Below, piece by piece: positions 1 through 9,074 of a stretch of 64,000 nucleotides of DNA. Source of the DNA: an uncultured Fibrobacterota bacterium (GTDB taxonomy: Bacteria; Fibrobacterota; Chitinivibrionia; Chitinivibrionales; FEN-1185); the NCBI GenBank assembly GCA_963729895.1, contig CAVSQB010000026.1:1-64000 (forward strand), given 5' to 3'. Position numbers and translations under genes: made by a program. The notes below the pieces were generated by a model. It saw nothing but the letters and a program-made list of their open reading frames with translations, did not search any database and was not told the origin of the DNA. Positions within the stretch are counted from its first letter, which is position 1. Every line of letters starts with the position of its first letter.

Positions 1-2101
1 AATAGGTGGCGCTTCCAGCTCCGGCGATGTTGTTCCACGTGGTGCCGCCGGCGTTGAGGCGCTGCCATTGATAAGTGAGACCCGAGCCGGATGTCCCCAC
101 GCTGAATGTGGCGTTCTGGCCGGCCGTGACGGTTGGGGGAGAAACAGGCTGCTGGGTAATCGGCGAAGGACAAATGACCGTAACCGAAACCGCACCAGAA
201 GTAACGTTCCCCAATGTATTGTACACACTGTCTCGATAGTAAATGGTACTTGCGGCGCCGGCCGTAAAGCTGTAGGTACCGGCGGTGGCTCCTGCAATGT
301 TTGTCCAATTCGATGTACCGTTAGTGCTTTGCTGCCACTGATAGCCGAGTCCTCCGCCCGTTGCGACGACACTTATGGTTACCACCTGGCCGGAATTGAC
401 CGTTTGAGTCGCGGGGAGGATCGAGGTAATTGCAGGAACTGAGCTCACCGGTGCATAATAAGAAATCCAGTTGCTTCCTGGTTTCTGACTCGAATAACAG
501 AGATTCATCCAGTCTGAGGAACGGGCGACATTGGATACTTCGGCTTCGTTAAGCTGGCCTTGAAAATACTGTGCATCACCGTTGTAGTAAGTGGCACCAA
601 GACGGTTCAGATAATAGGATCCTGCACCAATTGCATTTGCTGTTGTTGTTACCGTGCTGGGTAACCCGTTCACATAAATCGCGATGACGCCCGCAGCTGT
701 TACCGTAAAACCGACATGCGACCATGTTCCCGGTGAGGCTGGATACGAATTGTCGATAGTGTAGCAATTGTGGCCGTTGGGGCCGGATGTCGAGACATTC
801 AGGTTGTTCGCGTCCTGACGCTCCATCAAGATGTAATGGCCGTTGGTGGCGGTCGCCATGTTGAAGATGCAATCAGAGTTCGTGCTTCCGGTCGACAAAA
901 CCCATGTGGAAAATGAAAAATTTGATGCGGCGGCAAGTGCTGCACCCGGCCCGATATCCGTGGTTGCCGCTGTTCCTACAGCGTAAGCATTGGCATCGGT
1001 ACTGGTTGCAACGCCGGTAGTGTACCCTGTTCCTCCATTCGTTATGGCGAGGGCGTTGATAGTGCCTGCGTTTGTGTAGGTCGCGGTTACCGTCACTTGT
1101 GCATTGTTTCCACTTCCAGCTTGTCCTACTGTCAAGACATCGTTGACGTGGTAATAACCGAAGTCGTGGCGAACTGTCACACCGGTGATAACGCCTCCCG
1201 TAGCAGTTATGTTCAGGGTGTCTCCCCCTCCCGTGCCTCCTTGAGGAGAGCATTCAGTGAGCGCGACGCCTGTGGCTGCGCCTCCCGCCCCTATGCTGGT
1301 AACGTGGACATATCCGCCGGAACCTCCGGATACTGCCAATTGATCGCCAACAGCGTATCCCGTTCCCTGAGTCACCGGTGTCGTGTTGATCGTGCTTATC
1401 GCGCCATTTGCAAGGAGCGCTGTAATGCCGACGGTGCATCCGGTCCCGCTTCCGGACTGAAAGAGCGAAATAGTCTTCCCAAATGTTCCATTCCCGAAAT
1501 TCTGCCCGCTGTCAATCACCGCTGAAACCTGATCGCTTGCAATCATATTGTTTCCGGTGGCAATGTGCGTCCCGGTTGCGTCAGCGTATCCGCCAAGATT
1601 GGTGTTTCCCTGTTCCTTCAGATGCCACACGCCCAGGAACCCGTTCGCACTTGAAAACACGTTGGCGCCGTTGGAGCTGTCGGATGCCGTTGCATTTCCC
1701 CAGTACATCATGAAGTATTGTGTGCTGTCGCTCCCATTCACATCAACCTTCACCCAGATTTCCGCGATCTGGTTCGTACTGTTCCAGCGTTCTATCTGGT
1801 AAGGAATGTGCGTGCCGTCGGCCTTTGAGAATCGGATGTCTTGCCCGCCGGACAGGGCCTGGGTAAACGAAAACGTGGGGGTTGTAGCTGTCAAGCGAAC
1901 GAGCACGGGGAAACCTGCCTGTGCGGTGGTGATGTTCGCTCCGCTTCCCTTGGTGTTCAATATGACATTCGTGTTGTATTTCCAATTTGCATAGTTATCC
2001 GGCGTTTGGGCGGAGACGATGCTGATATATCCGCCTGCCGCCAAAAACAACACAACGGCACCTGTAACGCACATGTCAATTTTCGACCGCTTTTTCATCA
2101 T
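1..2101 (-). CDS. Large secreted protein, 5' part (signal peptide, DUF2341, LamG/ConA-like domain with insertion, Ig-like repeats); runs off the left edge
   Basis: Manual translation from ATG at 2101 (RBS GGAAGGGA): MMKKRSKIDMCVTGAVVLFLAAGG...FPVLVRL...GQDIRFSKADGTHIPYQIERWN...AEIWVKV...YWGN...GVWHL...FSFSTWV...FQGQLNEAEVSNVARSSDW...YQWQ Ig repeats. No stop seen in the stretches translated by hand; an ORF with no stop inside the window would be missing from the ORF track. Confidence 0.85.
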   Translation of the reverse strand, partial: MMKKRSKIDMCVTGAVVLFLAAGGYISIVSAQTPDNYANWKYNTNVILNTKGSGANITTAQAGFPVLVRLTATTPTFSFTQALSGGQDIRFSKADGTHIPYQIERWNSTNQIAEIWVKVDVNGSDSTQYFMMYWGNATASDSSNGANVFSSANGFLGVWHLKEQGNTNLGGYADATGTHIATGNNMIASDQVSAVIDSGQNFGNGTFGKTISLFQSGSGTGCTVGITALLANGAISTINTTPVTQGTGYAVGDQLAVSGGSGGYVHVTSIGAGGAATGVALTECSPQGGTGGGDTLNITATGGVITGVTVRHDFGYYHVNDVLTVGQAGSGNNAQVTVTATYTNAGTINALAITNGGTGYTTGVATSTDANAYAVGTAATTDIGPGAALAAASNFSFSTWVLSTGSTNSDCIFNMATATNGHYILMERQDANNLNVSTSGPNGHNCYTIDNSYPASPGTWSHVGFTVTAAGVIAIYVNGLPSTVTTTANAIGAGSYYLNRLGATYYNGDAQYFQGQLNEAEVSNVARSSDWMNLCYSSQKPGSNWISYYAPVSSVPAITSILPATQTVNSGQVVTISVVATGGGLGYQWQQSTNGTSNWTNIAGATAGTYSFTAGAASTIYYRDSVYNTLGNVTSGAVSVTVICPSPITQQPVSPPTVTAGQNATFSVGTSGSGLTYQWQRLNAGGTTWNNIAGAGSATY

Positions 2102-2127
2102 AATCCCTTCCACAGGTTCAATAATCT

Positions 2128-3770
2128 CCTAAATCCGTGAGAAAAACTTTGGCATTTTGATGATTTTTCGTGTAGATTAAGGGTGAATGGTGCTTGACTA
2201 AATGGCAGTTCACATTATTCACCCGGAAGGTGTCATGCCAAAGCCGAGAAAGTTGATAATCACGGAGACGGACGAGTTTCTGACCAGCCATGGTGGAATG
2301 GCAATGATCGGGATGCTTGCGGAGCGATCCGGTTTGCGCGAGCGTGTTTCGCAGGTTACTCCGGACAAGAAGAGCGGGAGTATAAGCACCGCGGACGCGC
2401 TGCTGACCATGACGGGGCTTTTGTGTCTTGCCAAACCAGACTTTGACGGGGTCGAGCAGTTTCGTGAAGACGACTATTTTCAGGAGATGCTTGGATTGAA
2501 AGCGGTTCCTTCCGAGGCTACACTGCGGCAGCGAATGGACGAAACGGGCCTGACCGTTCAAAACGCAGTCCTTTCCGCTTCGGCGTCCCTGTTGAAAAAA
2601 GCAGCGCCACGGCTCACCGCCTGCTTTGGACCGTATATTCCGATTGACGCTGACGTATCTCCTTTTGACAACAGTGGTTCTCATAAGGAAGGCGTAAGCT
2701 GCACGTACAAGTTGTTCGAGGGATATTCTCCGATGCTTGCCTACATAGGCGTGGAAGGCTACCTGCTGAACGCGGAGTTGCGCGAAGGGAAACAACATTG
2801 CCAGGAAGGAACTCCGGAGTTTCTGCGCAAGACCATAGCCCTTGCTCGAAAAATAACGGATCGTTCGCTCCTTGTGCGTCTTGATGCCGGACATGACGAT
2901 ATTGAAAACATGCGAGTCTGCCGCAAGGAAAAGGTCGATTACATAATCAAACGGAACATACGCAGGGAATCTATTGACGAATGGCTCGTGGATGCTCAAG
3001 CGCTCGGTGACTGGCGTCATCCTCGTGAAGGCAAGACCGTGTACGTTGGTGAGACAATACGGGAAAGAAACGGCGAAAACATGCGCGTTGTGTTCGAGGT
3101 GATCGAACGGACAATCGACCGCGACGGAAACGCCTTGCTGCTGCCGGATGTAGAGGTTCACACGTGGTGGACGAGCCTGAGCAGACGCAACGCCGGCCCG
3201 GACGACGTTATTGCAGCGTACCGGGATCATGGCACCAGCGAGCAGTTTCACTCGGAGCTGAAGAGTGATATGGCGCTGGAGCGGCTTCCCAGCGGGAAGT
3301 TCACGACCAACGCATTGGTGTTGACGTTGGCGGTTCTTGCGTTCAACATGCTGCGGCTCTGCGGCCAAGTTGGAATCGACAAGGGGTACGTGCCGCGTAA
3401 GAAAGTTGCACGCCGGAGATTGCGGAAGGTCATTCAGGATCTTATGTACATAGCAGCACGCGTGATAACGCATGCCCGCCGGTTGATGCTTGCCCTGTCG
3501 CGGCGGAATCAACTCCGCATAGCGTGGACGCAAACGTATCTGGCGTTCGCCACGGATGGCTGACCTAAGGAGAGCAATAAACGGAAATAGACCCGTAACC
3601 AAACAAACGTCGCCACCGACACGTTGAGTGTATTTGTCAACCATGGGGTCAGAAGCGCAAATCATAGTGGAATCACCCCGGCAACAACTTATCAAGAAGC
3701 CTTAGCAACCATATTCGTTCTTGTCAACGCCGTCAATTTGTTTTTAATAACCTTATCTCACGGAATCAGG
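2128..3770 (+). mobile_element. IS1380-family insertion sequence
   Basis: Imperfect terminal inverted repeats CCTAAATCCGTGAGAAAA (2128) and rc CCTGATTCCGTGAGATAA (ends 3770) enclose one DDE transposase gene. TAAT occurs on both flanks, offset by 2 nt on the left. Confidence 0.85.
2202..3563 (+). CDS. IS1380-family DDE transposase
   Basis: 453 aa; motifs T-S-H-G-G, PSEATLRQR, IDADVS, GYSP, LREG, VRLDAG, YRDHGTSEQFHSELK, RLPSGKF are typical of the IS1380 family. Confidence 0.9.
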   Translation: MAVHIIHPEGVMPKPRKLIITETDEFLTSHGGMAMIGMLAERSGLRERVSQVTPDKKSGSISTADALLTMTGLLCLAKPDFDGVEQFREDDYFQEMLGLKAVPSEATLRQRMDETGLTVQNAVLSASASLLKKAAPRLTACFGPYIPIDADVSPFDNSGSHKEGVSCTYKLFEGYSPMLAYIGVEGYLLNAELREGKQHCQEGTPEFLRKTIALARKITDRSLLVRLDAGHDDIENMRVCRKEKVDYIIKRNIRRESIDEWLVDAQALGDWRHPREGKTVYVGETIRERNGENMRVVFEVIERTIDRDGNALLLPDVEVHTWWTSLSRRNAGPDDVIAAYRDHGTSEQFHSELKSDMALERLPSGKFTTNALVLTLAVLAFNMLRLCGQVGIDKGYVPRKKVARRRLRKVIQDLMYIAARVITHARRLMLALSRRNQLRIAWTQTYLAFATDG

Positions 3771-3867
3771 TAATTATGAATCTCCCTTTCGACAATTCAT
3801 AACTTCTGCCGAATAGCGAGCAAATATAATAGTAAGTTGTAACCTTATGCACCACTTACGCATCCCT

Positions 3868-3896
3868 ATTATATCATCAAAAACACCCGCAATCAA
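3868..3896 (-). promoter_or_regulatory. Sigma70-type promoter facing the secreted-protein gene at 2101
   Basis: Minus strand TTGATT-N17-TATAAT with extended -10 TG. Confidence 0.6.
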
Positions 3897-4079
3897 TACT
3901 TAATCGCATAAACATCAGACCCCGAACATACGCAGTTGCAGCGCAAAACGCACGAGTATGATCATTTGAAACATCACGTTTCAACCAGGATATGTTATTT
4001 TAGCGAGCATCCTATCGTCGCCGCGCATCCGGCGACAGCTTTACGAGCCGTCATGTTCAAATAGAAAGCAGCCTTATCC

Positions 4080-4634
4080 ATGAAACTTCTCTTCGACCTC
4101 TTCCCCATTATCCTGTTTTTCGCCGCGTTCAAATTGAAGGGCATATTCGTGGCAACCGCCGTCGCCATCACTGCGAGCGCCTTGCAGATCGGGTGGATGC
4201 TTGTGAAACGCAAAAAGGTTGAGCCCATGATGTGGGCAAGCCTGGGCATCATCGCGGTTTTCGGCGGCGCCACACTGCTCCTGCACAACGAGACCTACAT
4301 CAAATGGAAACCGACCATTCTGTACTGGCTCATGGGCTGTGTTCTGGTTTCGGGCCAGGTTTTTTTCGGAAAGAACGGGATGAAGGGACTTCTCGGAAAG
4401 CAAATGGTCCTGCCGGACAAAACGTGGAACGTGATCAATGTGAGCTGGGGAATTTTCTTTGCGGTCCTCGGATGCGTCAATCTGGCGGTTGCCTACCTGT
4501 TCTCGACGGACACGTGGGTGAATTTCAAGCTGTTCGGGATCATGGGGTTTATTGTGGTATTTGCGGTTGCGCAGAGCTGGATTATCGAGAAGAAGATGAA
4601 CAGGGAGAAGACTGGGGTGAACGGACATGGTTAG
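4080..4634 (+). CDS. yciB: Intracellular septation protein A / inner membrane protein YciB
   Basis: MKLLFDLFPIILFF..., FGGATLLLHNETYIKWKPT, WVNFKLFG signature motifs. Confidence 0.95.
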   Translation: MKLLFDLFPIILFFAAFKLKGIFVATAVAITASALQIGWMLVKRKKVEPMMWASLGIIAVFGGATLLLHNETYIKWKPTILYWLMGCVLVSGQVFFGKNGMKGLLGKQMVLPDKTWNVINVSWGIFFAVLGCVNLAVAYLFSTDTWVNFKLFGIMGFIVVFAVAQSWIIEKKMNREKTGVNGHG

Positions 4635-4671
4635 AAGATCACCGGCATTTTAGCTCACGGCATATTTTGAT

Positions 4672-4703
4672 AAGAAAGGGCCTTTCCATATCGGAAAGGC
4701 CCT
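4672..4703 (-). terminator. Intrinsic terminator, possibly bidirectional
   Basis: 11-bp stem AGGGCCTTTCC/GGAAAGGCCCT between convergent genes. Confidence 0.7.
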
Positions 4704-4876
4704 CATTTCTTCACGGCATGTGTAATTGGTCCGCTGCTTTTTCTTTGCCTTGGCCTTGGGTGCGGCCTTTTCGATTGCAGCGGTCAGCTCCGCCTGATTG
4801 CCTTGATGCCCGCAAACCCCCTTCGCCGCATCACGGGCGGTCAAGCGACACCGCCCCGCGCGTCCCGTTCCGCCGT

Positions 4877-6505
4877 TTACGGATTCCAGGTCACCTTCGT
4901 GCTGTCGGTCTCCGGCGGGACCATGATCGGGTCATAGTACGATATCGTGACCGTGTCGGTTCCCGCGACCGAAATCGTCATCGCGGTGGGGTCCGAGGTT
5001 CCGGATGTGAATCCGACGGTCCCGTCGAAAATATAAGACGTGTCGGCGTTCACTGCCAGAGGCACGGAAATGCCGGTGGGGTCCTTTTTGCTCTTCACAT
5101 TGACGGTCACCGAGTTGGCCACGATGTGGTCGTCTACCATGGAAATCTTCATTTTGCTCGTCGTGCCGTGGTACCCGGCGCCGGAGTCGGGCGTTATGGA
5201 TACGTTATTACACTTCCACAGGAGCGCGGTGCCTTGCAGCGCGGAACTTACTATCGGATAGTGAAGCGCCGGGCTCTGATAAACGGTCGTTAAGGTATCG
5301 ATGGGCGGCCGCACCGCAATAACCTTGCCCGGAGTTGACGTTGTCAACGAAGGAAAGACCAATCCCGAATACGAGCCGGGCGATCCGGGAATGGCGCGCA
5401 AAACCACATCAATGCCCACCGTGTCCTTATGGGAAGACAGGTGAATGGTAATCGTGCTGTCGGTAATGTTGCGGTCATCGGCGTTGATGTTGATGGGGAG
5501 CACCAATCCAACGTAAATCGATACGCTGGGCCTTACGTCCGGTAGCAGGGCGTTCCAGACCGCTTGGGCGGAAGCCGCCACCCCCCCGGCCTTCATGTAG
5601 GAAACCGTGACCGTGTCGCCGTCCTTCACGCGAACCGTGTCGCCAAGCGTCGTGACCTTGCTCACGGTGAAACTAACGTTGCCGGAATAGCTCCCGGGAT
5701 TGGTCGTATCTTTGGGCAGCGACAGGGCGATGGGCGTCGGGTGGGATGTTGAGGCGACGGTGGCGGAAACCGTTGCGCTGGAAACGGTGAGATCCCAGAC
5801 CGTGACGGACATCGGGTAATCGATGCTCTGGTAAGAGTCCAGGTCTGTGACAATCGAAATCGCCCACTGTAGCGTAATGGGAAAGTCGCCCACATACGAA
5901 TCCAAAGGTTGCTTTTGGGTGGAATATCCCGAATGGGAAACTATGAGAGTATCCACGGCAGCCGCTTCCTTGGCAAGGCCTTTTTGTGTGGATTGTTTAC
6001 CCAAATAGGTGCCGAAACCCTCCCCAGCGGATGTACCAACAAAAGGCATCTTCATGAGACGCGACACGGTATTTCCTATCGTTACCCGGCAAAAATACAT
6101 TTGCGACGAAAAACCGGAGGGGAATGGAAGGGTTTTGTACGTTCCGGCAGCCATCGCCCTGTCAAGCGCCACGCGAACGCATCTCCCTTTGCAATCAAAC
6201 GTTTCTATCAAAACACGGTCGTTATTGTTTGCGACGGTAAAAGTAAGAAGATTGCCTGAAAAAAACGGCATAACATACGTGGGCGACGTTTTTTTCGCGC
6301 CTGCAGCGGCCACCGAAAAAGCAAAGTGACCGGCGGTGTCCGTTACGGTCCTAAGCCCCAGGTTCTTCAATTTCACGCCGGCGCCAGACACTTTCTTTCC
6401 GTTTGCGTCCGTGATTGTGCCGGTGATGCTGACTGTCTGGCCCATCACAAATGAGAATATGCCCAAGTGGAAAACCGCCAGCAACAGTAATTTTGTTGGA
6501 TTCAT
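4877..6505 (-). CDS. Secreted protein: carboxypeptidase-regulatory-like N-terminus, internal FlgD/T9SS-like domain, three ~100-aa beta-rich repeats
   Basis: Start MNPTKLLLLAVF after RBS AGAGGGGG; ITGTITDANGKKVSGAGV; three repeats of D..T/S..S..D/H..I..L....G.(Y/F).G.V.F....DT(V/L)T..Y. Confidence 0.75.
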   Translation of the reverse strand: MNPTKLLLLAVFHLGIFSFVMGQTVSITGTITDANGKKVSGAGVKLKNLGLRTVTDTAGHFAFSVAAAGAKKTSPTYVMPFFSGNLLTFTVANNNDRVLIETFDCKGRCVRVALDRAMAAGTYKTLPFPSGFSSQMYFCRVTIGNTVSRLMKMPFVGTSAGEGFGTYLGKQSTQKGLAKEAAAVDTLIVSHSGYSTQKQPLDSYVGDFPITLQWAISIVTDLDSYQSIDYPMSVTVWDLTVSSATVSATVASTSHPTPIALSLPKDTTNPGSYSGNVSFTVSKVTTLGDTVRVKDGDTVTVSYMKAGGVAASAQAVWNALLPDVRPSVSIYVGLVLPININADDRNITDSTITIHLSSHKDTVGIDVVLRAIPGSPGSYSGLVFPSLTTSTPGKVIAVRPPIDTLTTVYQSPALHYPIVSSALQGTALLWKCNNVSITPDSGAGYHGTTSKMKISMVDDHIVANSVTVNVKSKKDPTGISVPLAVNADTSYIFDGTVGFTSGTSDPTAMTISVAGTDTVTISYYDPIMVPPETDSTKVTWNP

Positions 6506-6628
6506 GGATTCCCCCCCTCTTAGAGAAATTGAATATGAATGGATTTGTCTCTTGTTTGCCTGTTTGACAGTGTGAAAAAAATCGTTATTGCACATTCTCC
6601 ATGCAACAAAAACAGCTTGAGCCTGTCC

Positions 6629-6687
6629 AAAAAAGCTGAAAGTTGAAAGGGAAACGTTCTTTCCCCTTTCAACTTTCAACTCTCAAC
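6629..6687 (-). terminator. Intrinsic terminator after GH3 genes
   Basis: 15-bp stem TGAAAGTTGAAAGGG/CCCTTTCAACTTTCA followed on the minus strand by a T run. Confidence 0.75.
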
Positions 6688-6708
6688 ATTAAACTGCATG
6701 TTTCTTTT

Positions 6709-8979
6709 TTAGTAAAACGTAATCATCCCCTGCTGCCTGATGTCGAGGGACGATGATCCCACAAGGACATCTACCGCCCCCGGCTCTATCACCCACTCCG
6801 ACTGCGTGGTGTCGTAGTACTCGAAGTCGCGCTCCACAAGATTGAAGGTGACGGTCTTGGTCTCTCCGACGTTAAGAGGAACGCGCCTGAACCCGCGCAG
6901 GTCTTTGTACCGCCGCTGCTGTGCACTCTGCTCATCGTGAAGGTACAGCTGCACCACCTCGTCGCCGATCACGCTGCCGGTGTTCTTGACGTCCACCGAA
7001 ACGGCAAACGTATCTCCCGGATAGCCGCCGGACGGCGAAATCGAAAGATTGTTGTACGCAAACGTGGTGTAACTGAGGCCGTAGCCGAAGCAGAATAGCG
7101 GCTTCAGATGGTGGTAGTCGTAGTACGGATATCCACGTCCCTCCCACACAGGCTCGTAGGGATCGCCGGTATCGCCCCACGGAGTGTTCACGCCGAACCT
7201 CGGGAGCTGGGTCGAGTCCAGCGGGAAGGTTAGCGTGGTTTTCCCGCCCGGATTGTAGTCACCGAACAGAACCTCGGCCAGGGCCATGGCGTGATCTTCA
7301 CCGGGATAAGACGACATGATAATCGCCGGGACTTTGTTCCAGTTACCCGTGTCTGCGGTGCTGCCTCCGGTATACCACACAATGGTATGACCGGGGTTTG
7401 CCGCGAGCACTTTTCCGGCCAGCTGGTCCTGCGTGTCCGGAAGCGACACTTCGTTGCGGTCAAATCCCTCGCCCTCATCGTTGGGCCCGATGCACACGAT
7501 CGCATAGTCGCAATTATTGTAATCGCTATTGACCGTGATGTTCGGGCCGCCGATCTGTTTTACCGCCGCCGGCGGCGTAGTATAGTGCTTGCTGGGACAA
7601 TTCTGGGCGCTGCCCACCGGACCGCACCGGATCTGATTGGCCCAGGGCCCCACCATGGCAATGGTCATCGGGATGCTTCTGTCAAGCGGAAGCAGGTTGT
7701 TGTCGTTCTTGAGAAGGATATAACACTCGCGCGAGACGCGGCGGGCGTAGTCGTACATGTTGGGGCTGTTGATGGAATCCTTGTACATCGTTCTTGTGTA
7801 TCCGGGATTAAAACAACCTGTTTTGTACCGTGCCCACAGCGAGCGGCGCGCCTTGTCGTCAAAGAACGCCTGTGTTATGGTGCCGGGTACCAGTCCCTCC
7901 AGGCCGCCGCCCCACGTACCCGGGGTGGGCAGGTCAAGTCCTGCCAATGCCAATATGGAAGCATTGCCGGTCCCGCCGTTGTCCCAGTCGGTGAGGACGA
8001 ATCCCTTCAGGCCCCAGAAGTTCTTGAGGATGTCGGTCAGGGTGTGATGGTTCTGCGCGTTATGGAAGCCGTCCACCGAGTTGTAGGCGGTCATGATTGC
8101 GGCGCAGCCGGCATCATGCGCGGCCATGCCGAAGTGATATGTGTAAAGCTCGCGAAGCCCCCGCTCCGAAACCCACACGGGGTAGAACCCCCGCGCGCGC
8201 TCCACATTGTTGCAGCAGTAGTGCTTGAGCGTCGGAATGGTGCTCCACATAACGCCCTTGACGGCTGCGGTAGCGTCCTTGCCGTTCACAAAGGGGTCTT
8301 CACCGTAGGATTCGGTGGTTCGTCCCGCGCGGCTGTCGCGACAGAGATTGCAGGAAGGCCCGAGCTGAACGTTGTAGTCGAAGCCGCGGAAACACATTCC
8401 CATGAAATATCCACCCTCTTGGATGATGGCCGTGTCCCACGTGGCGGCCATCGCGAGGCCCGTGGGAAAGGACCAGGTGCCGCCAAGGCCGTACGGGCCG
8501 TCGCGCCAGTTAAGGCCCACAACGCCCGCCGCGCTCCCGCCGTTGATGATGGTCTGCTTGTCGCCGTTGGACATCGATGCAATCTTGTTTTCGATGAACG
8601 TGGCGGTGTCGCTCTGCGAACAGGCAATTGAGATTTTTGCCTTATAGGTGCCCGTGGGCTGGCTGTTGAACTGGCAGGCGAAATGAATGCCTTTTTCGCC
8701 CTGCCACGTGAGCGGGCCGATGTCGCCCTTCGTCATGGTGAGCGGCACGACCGTTCCGGTGCCGTCCTGTATGAGCGATAAGGAAACGTTGAACCGGTCG
8801 TACGCCCACCCGATGATGCGGTAGGACACCTTTCCTCTGTACTTGTAGACGCCGCCGGAATTATCGACGAGCTTGAGGAACACCGGCGTCACCTGCACCG
8901 TGTCTATCTGGGTGAGCGGTTGGCCGGAAACGATTACCGCGCATGCACAAAGCATCGCTGCTATGAATCTGAATTTCAT
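6709..8979 (-). CDS. Secreted GH3 glycoside hydrolase (beta-glucosidase-like) with Fn3-like C-terminal domain
   Basis: Signal peptide; DGPYG, FP..LAMAATWD, GRTTESYGEDP, LKHY, GFVLTDW nucleophile, LLKN, FGYGLSYT, VVQLY. Confidence 0.95.
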   Translation of the reverse strand: MKFRFIAAMLCACAVIVSGQPLTQIDTVQVTPVFLKLVDNSGGVYKYRGKVSYRIIGWAYDRFNVSLSLIQDGTGTVVPLTMTKGDIGPLTWQGEKGIHFACQFNSQPTGTYKAKISIACSQSDTATFIENKIASMSNGDKQTIINGGSAAGVVGLNWRDGPYGLGGTWSFPTGLAMAATWDTAIIQEGGYFMGMCFRGFDYNVQLGPSCNLCRDSRAGRTTESYGEDPFVNGKDATAAVKGVMWSTIPTLKHYCCNNVERARGFYPVWVSERGLRELYTYHFGMAAHDAGCAAIMTAYNSVDGFHNAQNHHTLTDILKNFWGLKGFVLTDWDNGGTGNASILALAGLDLPTPGTWGGGLEGLVPGTITQAFFDDKARRSLWARYKTGCFNPGYTRTMYKDSINSPNMYDYARRVSRECYILLKNDNNLLPLDRSIPMTIAMVGPWANQIRCGPVGSAQNCPSKHYTTPPAAVKQIGGPNITVNSDYNNCDYAIVCIGPNDEGEGFDRNEVSLPDTQDQLAGKVLAANPGHTIVWYTGGSTADTGNWNKVPAIIMSSYPGEDHAMALAEVLFGDYNPGGKTTLTFPLDSTQLPRFGVNTPWGDTGDPYEPVWEGRGYPYYDYHHLKPLFCFGYGLSYTTFAYNNLSISPSGGYPGDTFAVSVDVKNTGSVIGDEVVQLYLHDEQSAQQRRYKDLRGFRRVPLNVGETKTVTFNLVERDFEYYDTTQSEWVIEPGAVDVLVGSSSLDIRQQGMITFY

Positions 8980-9005
8980 ATCCTCCCCCTCATGTTGGAC
9001 GAAAT

Positions 9006-9072
9006 TTGACGTTTGACAGTTGACAGAAAGACATTGTCATATACCCCTCTTGTCAACCGTCAACGTTCAATC
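9006..9072. repeat. Imperfect hairpin of 7-bp units (TTGACAG-like) between the GH3 paralogues
   Basis: TTGACGTTTGACAGTTGACAG ... CTTGTCAACCGTCAACGTTCAA. Confidence 0.6.
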
Positions 9073-9074
9073 TG

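Noticed and set aside
2118..3695. 525-aa minus-strand ORF spanning the IS1380
   Set aside because: Antisense shadow of the transposase with no recognisable motifs
4650..4844. 64-aa ORF with Lys/Ala-rich stretch (AAIEKAAPKAKAKKK)
   Set aside because: TTG start without a clear RBS, and it runs through a terminator; at most a gene remnant
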